Below are positions 23,219-24,000 of a stretch of 24,000 nucleotides of DNA, piece after piece. The stretch covers positions 2,826,490-2,850,489 of the forward strand of contig CP159586.1 of assembly GCA_046523935.1 (NCBI GenBank). The letters run 5' to 3'. Numbering within the stretch: the first letter of the stretch is position 1; each line of letters opens with the position of its first letter. The position numbers and the translations under genes were made by a program. This DNA comes from Massilia sp. SR12. Its GTDB lineage: Bacteria > Pseudomonadota > Gammaproteobacteria > Burkholderiales > Burkholderiaceae_D. The notes under the pieces are model-generated. The model was not told the origin of the DNA and did no database searches. It worked only from the letters and a program-made list of their open reading frames with translations.

Positions 23219-24000
23219 ATGTCCGCCCTGCCGCAACACCTCGATATCCACCTGATCCGCATCCTCTATCTCCTGCTGGTGGAGAAGAACGTATCGCGTG
23301 TTGCGCTCAAGCTGAACCAACCGCAGCCCTCCATCTCCGCCTCGCTGCGCAAGCTGCGCGAGTTGACCGGCGACCCCTTGCTGGTAAGGGGCGCGCGCGG
23401 CATGGTGCCGACCCAGCACGGCGAAAGCCTGCTCAAGCCGGCCAAGCGCATTTTGGACGAAGCCGAATCGCTGTTCGTAAAGAAGACACCCTTCGTCCCG
23501 CAGGAAGAAGCGCGCACCTTCAACATCGCCGCGCCCGACTACCTGGACAGCCAATTCCTGCCGAATGTGGTGGCGATGCTACGCCGAGGCTCGCCCAAGA
23601 GCCGCGTCGTGATCCACTCCATCGGCCCCGGCACCGATTATTTGCGCCTGCTATCGGATGGCGACATGGACCTGGTGATCGCCAACTGGGACGAACCGCC
23701 GCAGCACCTGCACATCTCCAAGCTGTTTGAAGACCCGATCATCTGCGCCATGCACGCCGCCAGCCCGTACGCCAAGCGCACCGAGAGCGACGCCATGACG
23801 CTGGAAGACTACCTCACCCTGCCCCACGTCGCCCCATCGCAGATGGTGCCTGGCTACGGCGGCGTGATCGACGCCTTCCTCGAACGGCAAGGCTTACGCC
23901 GCAACGTCGCCGTGGAATCAGCCTATTTCAGCCTGATCCCCTACATGCTCGCGCAGACCGACCTGGTACTGACCACCGGCCGCCAATTCCTGCGCTTTTA
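23219..24000 (+). CDS. LysR-family transcriptional regulator (3' end outside the window)
   Basis: Not in the supplied track because it has no stop within the window. My own translation from ATG 23219 begins MSALPQHLDIHLIRILYLLLVEKNVSRVALKLNQPQPSISASLRKLRELTGDPLLVRGARGMVPTQHGESL... This is the typical LTTR winged-HTH. A substrate-binding domain follows (FNIAAPDYLDSQFLP, DLVIANWDEPP). There is an in-frame stop at 23138-23140 and no upstream ATG. It is divergent from puuD. Confidence 0.85.
   Translation, partial: MSALPQHLDIHLIRILYLLLVEKNVSRVALKLNQPQPSISASLRKLRELTGDPLLVRGARGMVPTQHGESLLKPAKRILDEAESLFVKKTPFVPQEEARTFNIAAPDYLDSQFLPNVVAMLRRGSPKSRVVIHSIGPGTDYLRLLSDGDMDLVIANWDEPPQHLHISKLFEDPIICAMHAASPYAKRTESDAMTLEDYLTLPHVAPSQMVPGYGGVIDAFLERQGLRRNVAVESAYFSLIPYMLAQTDLVLTTGRQFLRF

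Noticed and set aside
23176-23730. 184-aa + strand ORF (MSYIQDIRFHIRK...), and a 14-codon mini-ORF at 23169..23213
   Set aside because: It is out of frame with the clear LysR-family reading frame that starts at 23219 (HTH region recognisable), and its translation is Pro/Arg/Ala junk. The mini-ORF has no RBS or conservation evidence.

Overview
GC-rich bacterial chromosomal segment. Gene content and the strong G/C bias at third codon positions suggest a Burkholderiales/Oxalobacteraceae-like beta-proteobacterium; this is inference only. I support 19 protein-coding genes and found no rRNA, tRNA, CRISPR array, transposase or integrase.

Layout:
(1) 1-9455 is a carbohydrate-use locus. It holds the 3' end of a TonB-dependent receptor and a periplasmic GH63 YgjK-like glucosidase on the + strand. 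These converge on a tightly packed minus-strand operon: SDR oxidoreductase, ebgA, ebgC, APC-family (YgjI/YjeM-like) permease. This reproduces the E. coli ebgAC-ygjI...ygjK neighbourhood, whose natural substrate is unknown.
(2) 9.6-13.2 kb is the least explained part of the window. It has two orphan membrane proteins, then a translationally coupled minus-strand operon of three exported proteins: a Cys-rich MltA/3D-domain protein, a TolB-like beta-propeller protein and a PEP-CTERM-like protein.
(3) polB (DNA polymerase II) has a perfect LexA box overlapping a TATAAT hexamer that ends 8 nt before its ATG. It is divergent from a small, probably highly expressed 8-strand-type OMP gene.
(4) A divergent pair of exported serine peptidases (S41 and S9/DPP-IV-like).
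(5) A minus-strand operon puuD (membrane cytochrome-c urate hydroxylase), M20 metallohydrolase and hotdog thioesterase, with a divergent LysR regulator that runs off the right edge.

Many long ORFs in the track are antisense shadow ORFs typical of high-GC DNA, and I rejected them. I see no recognisable defence, toxin or mobile system. The best candidate for something undescribed is the three-gene exported operon at 10505-13181. The Ebg/YgjK module and the puuD-M20-thioesterase coupling come next. All homology statements rest on reading the translations against remembered family sequences and motifs; no searches were run.
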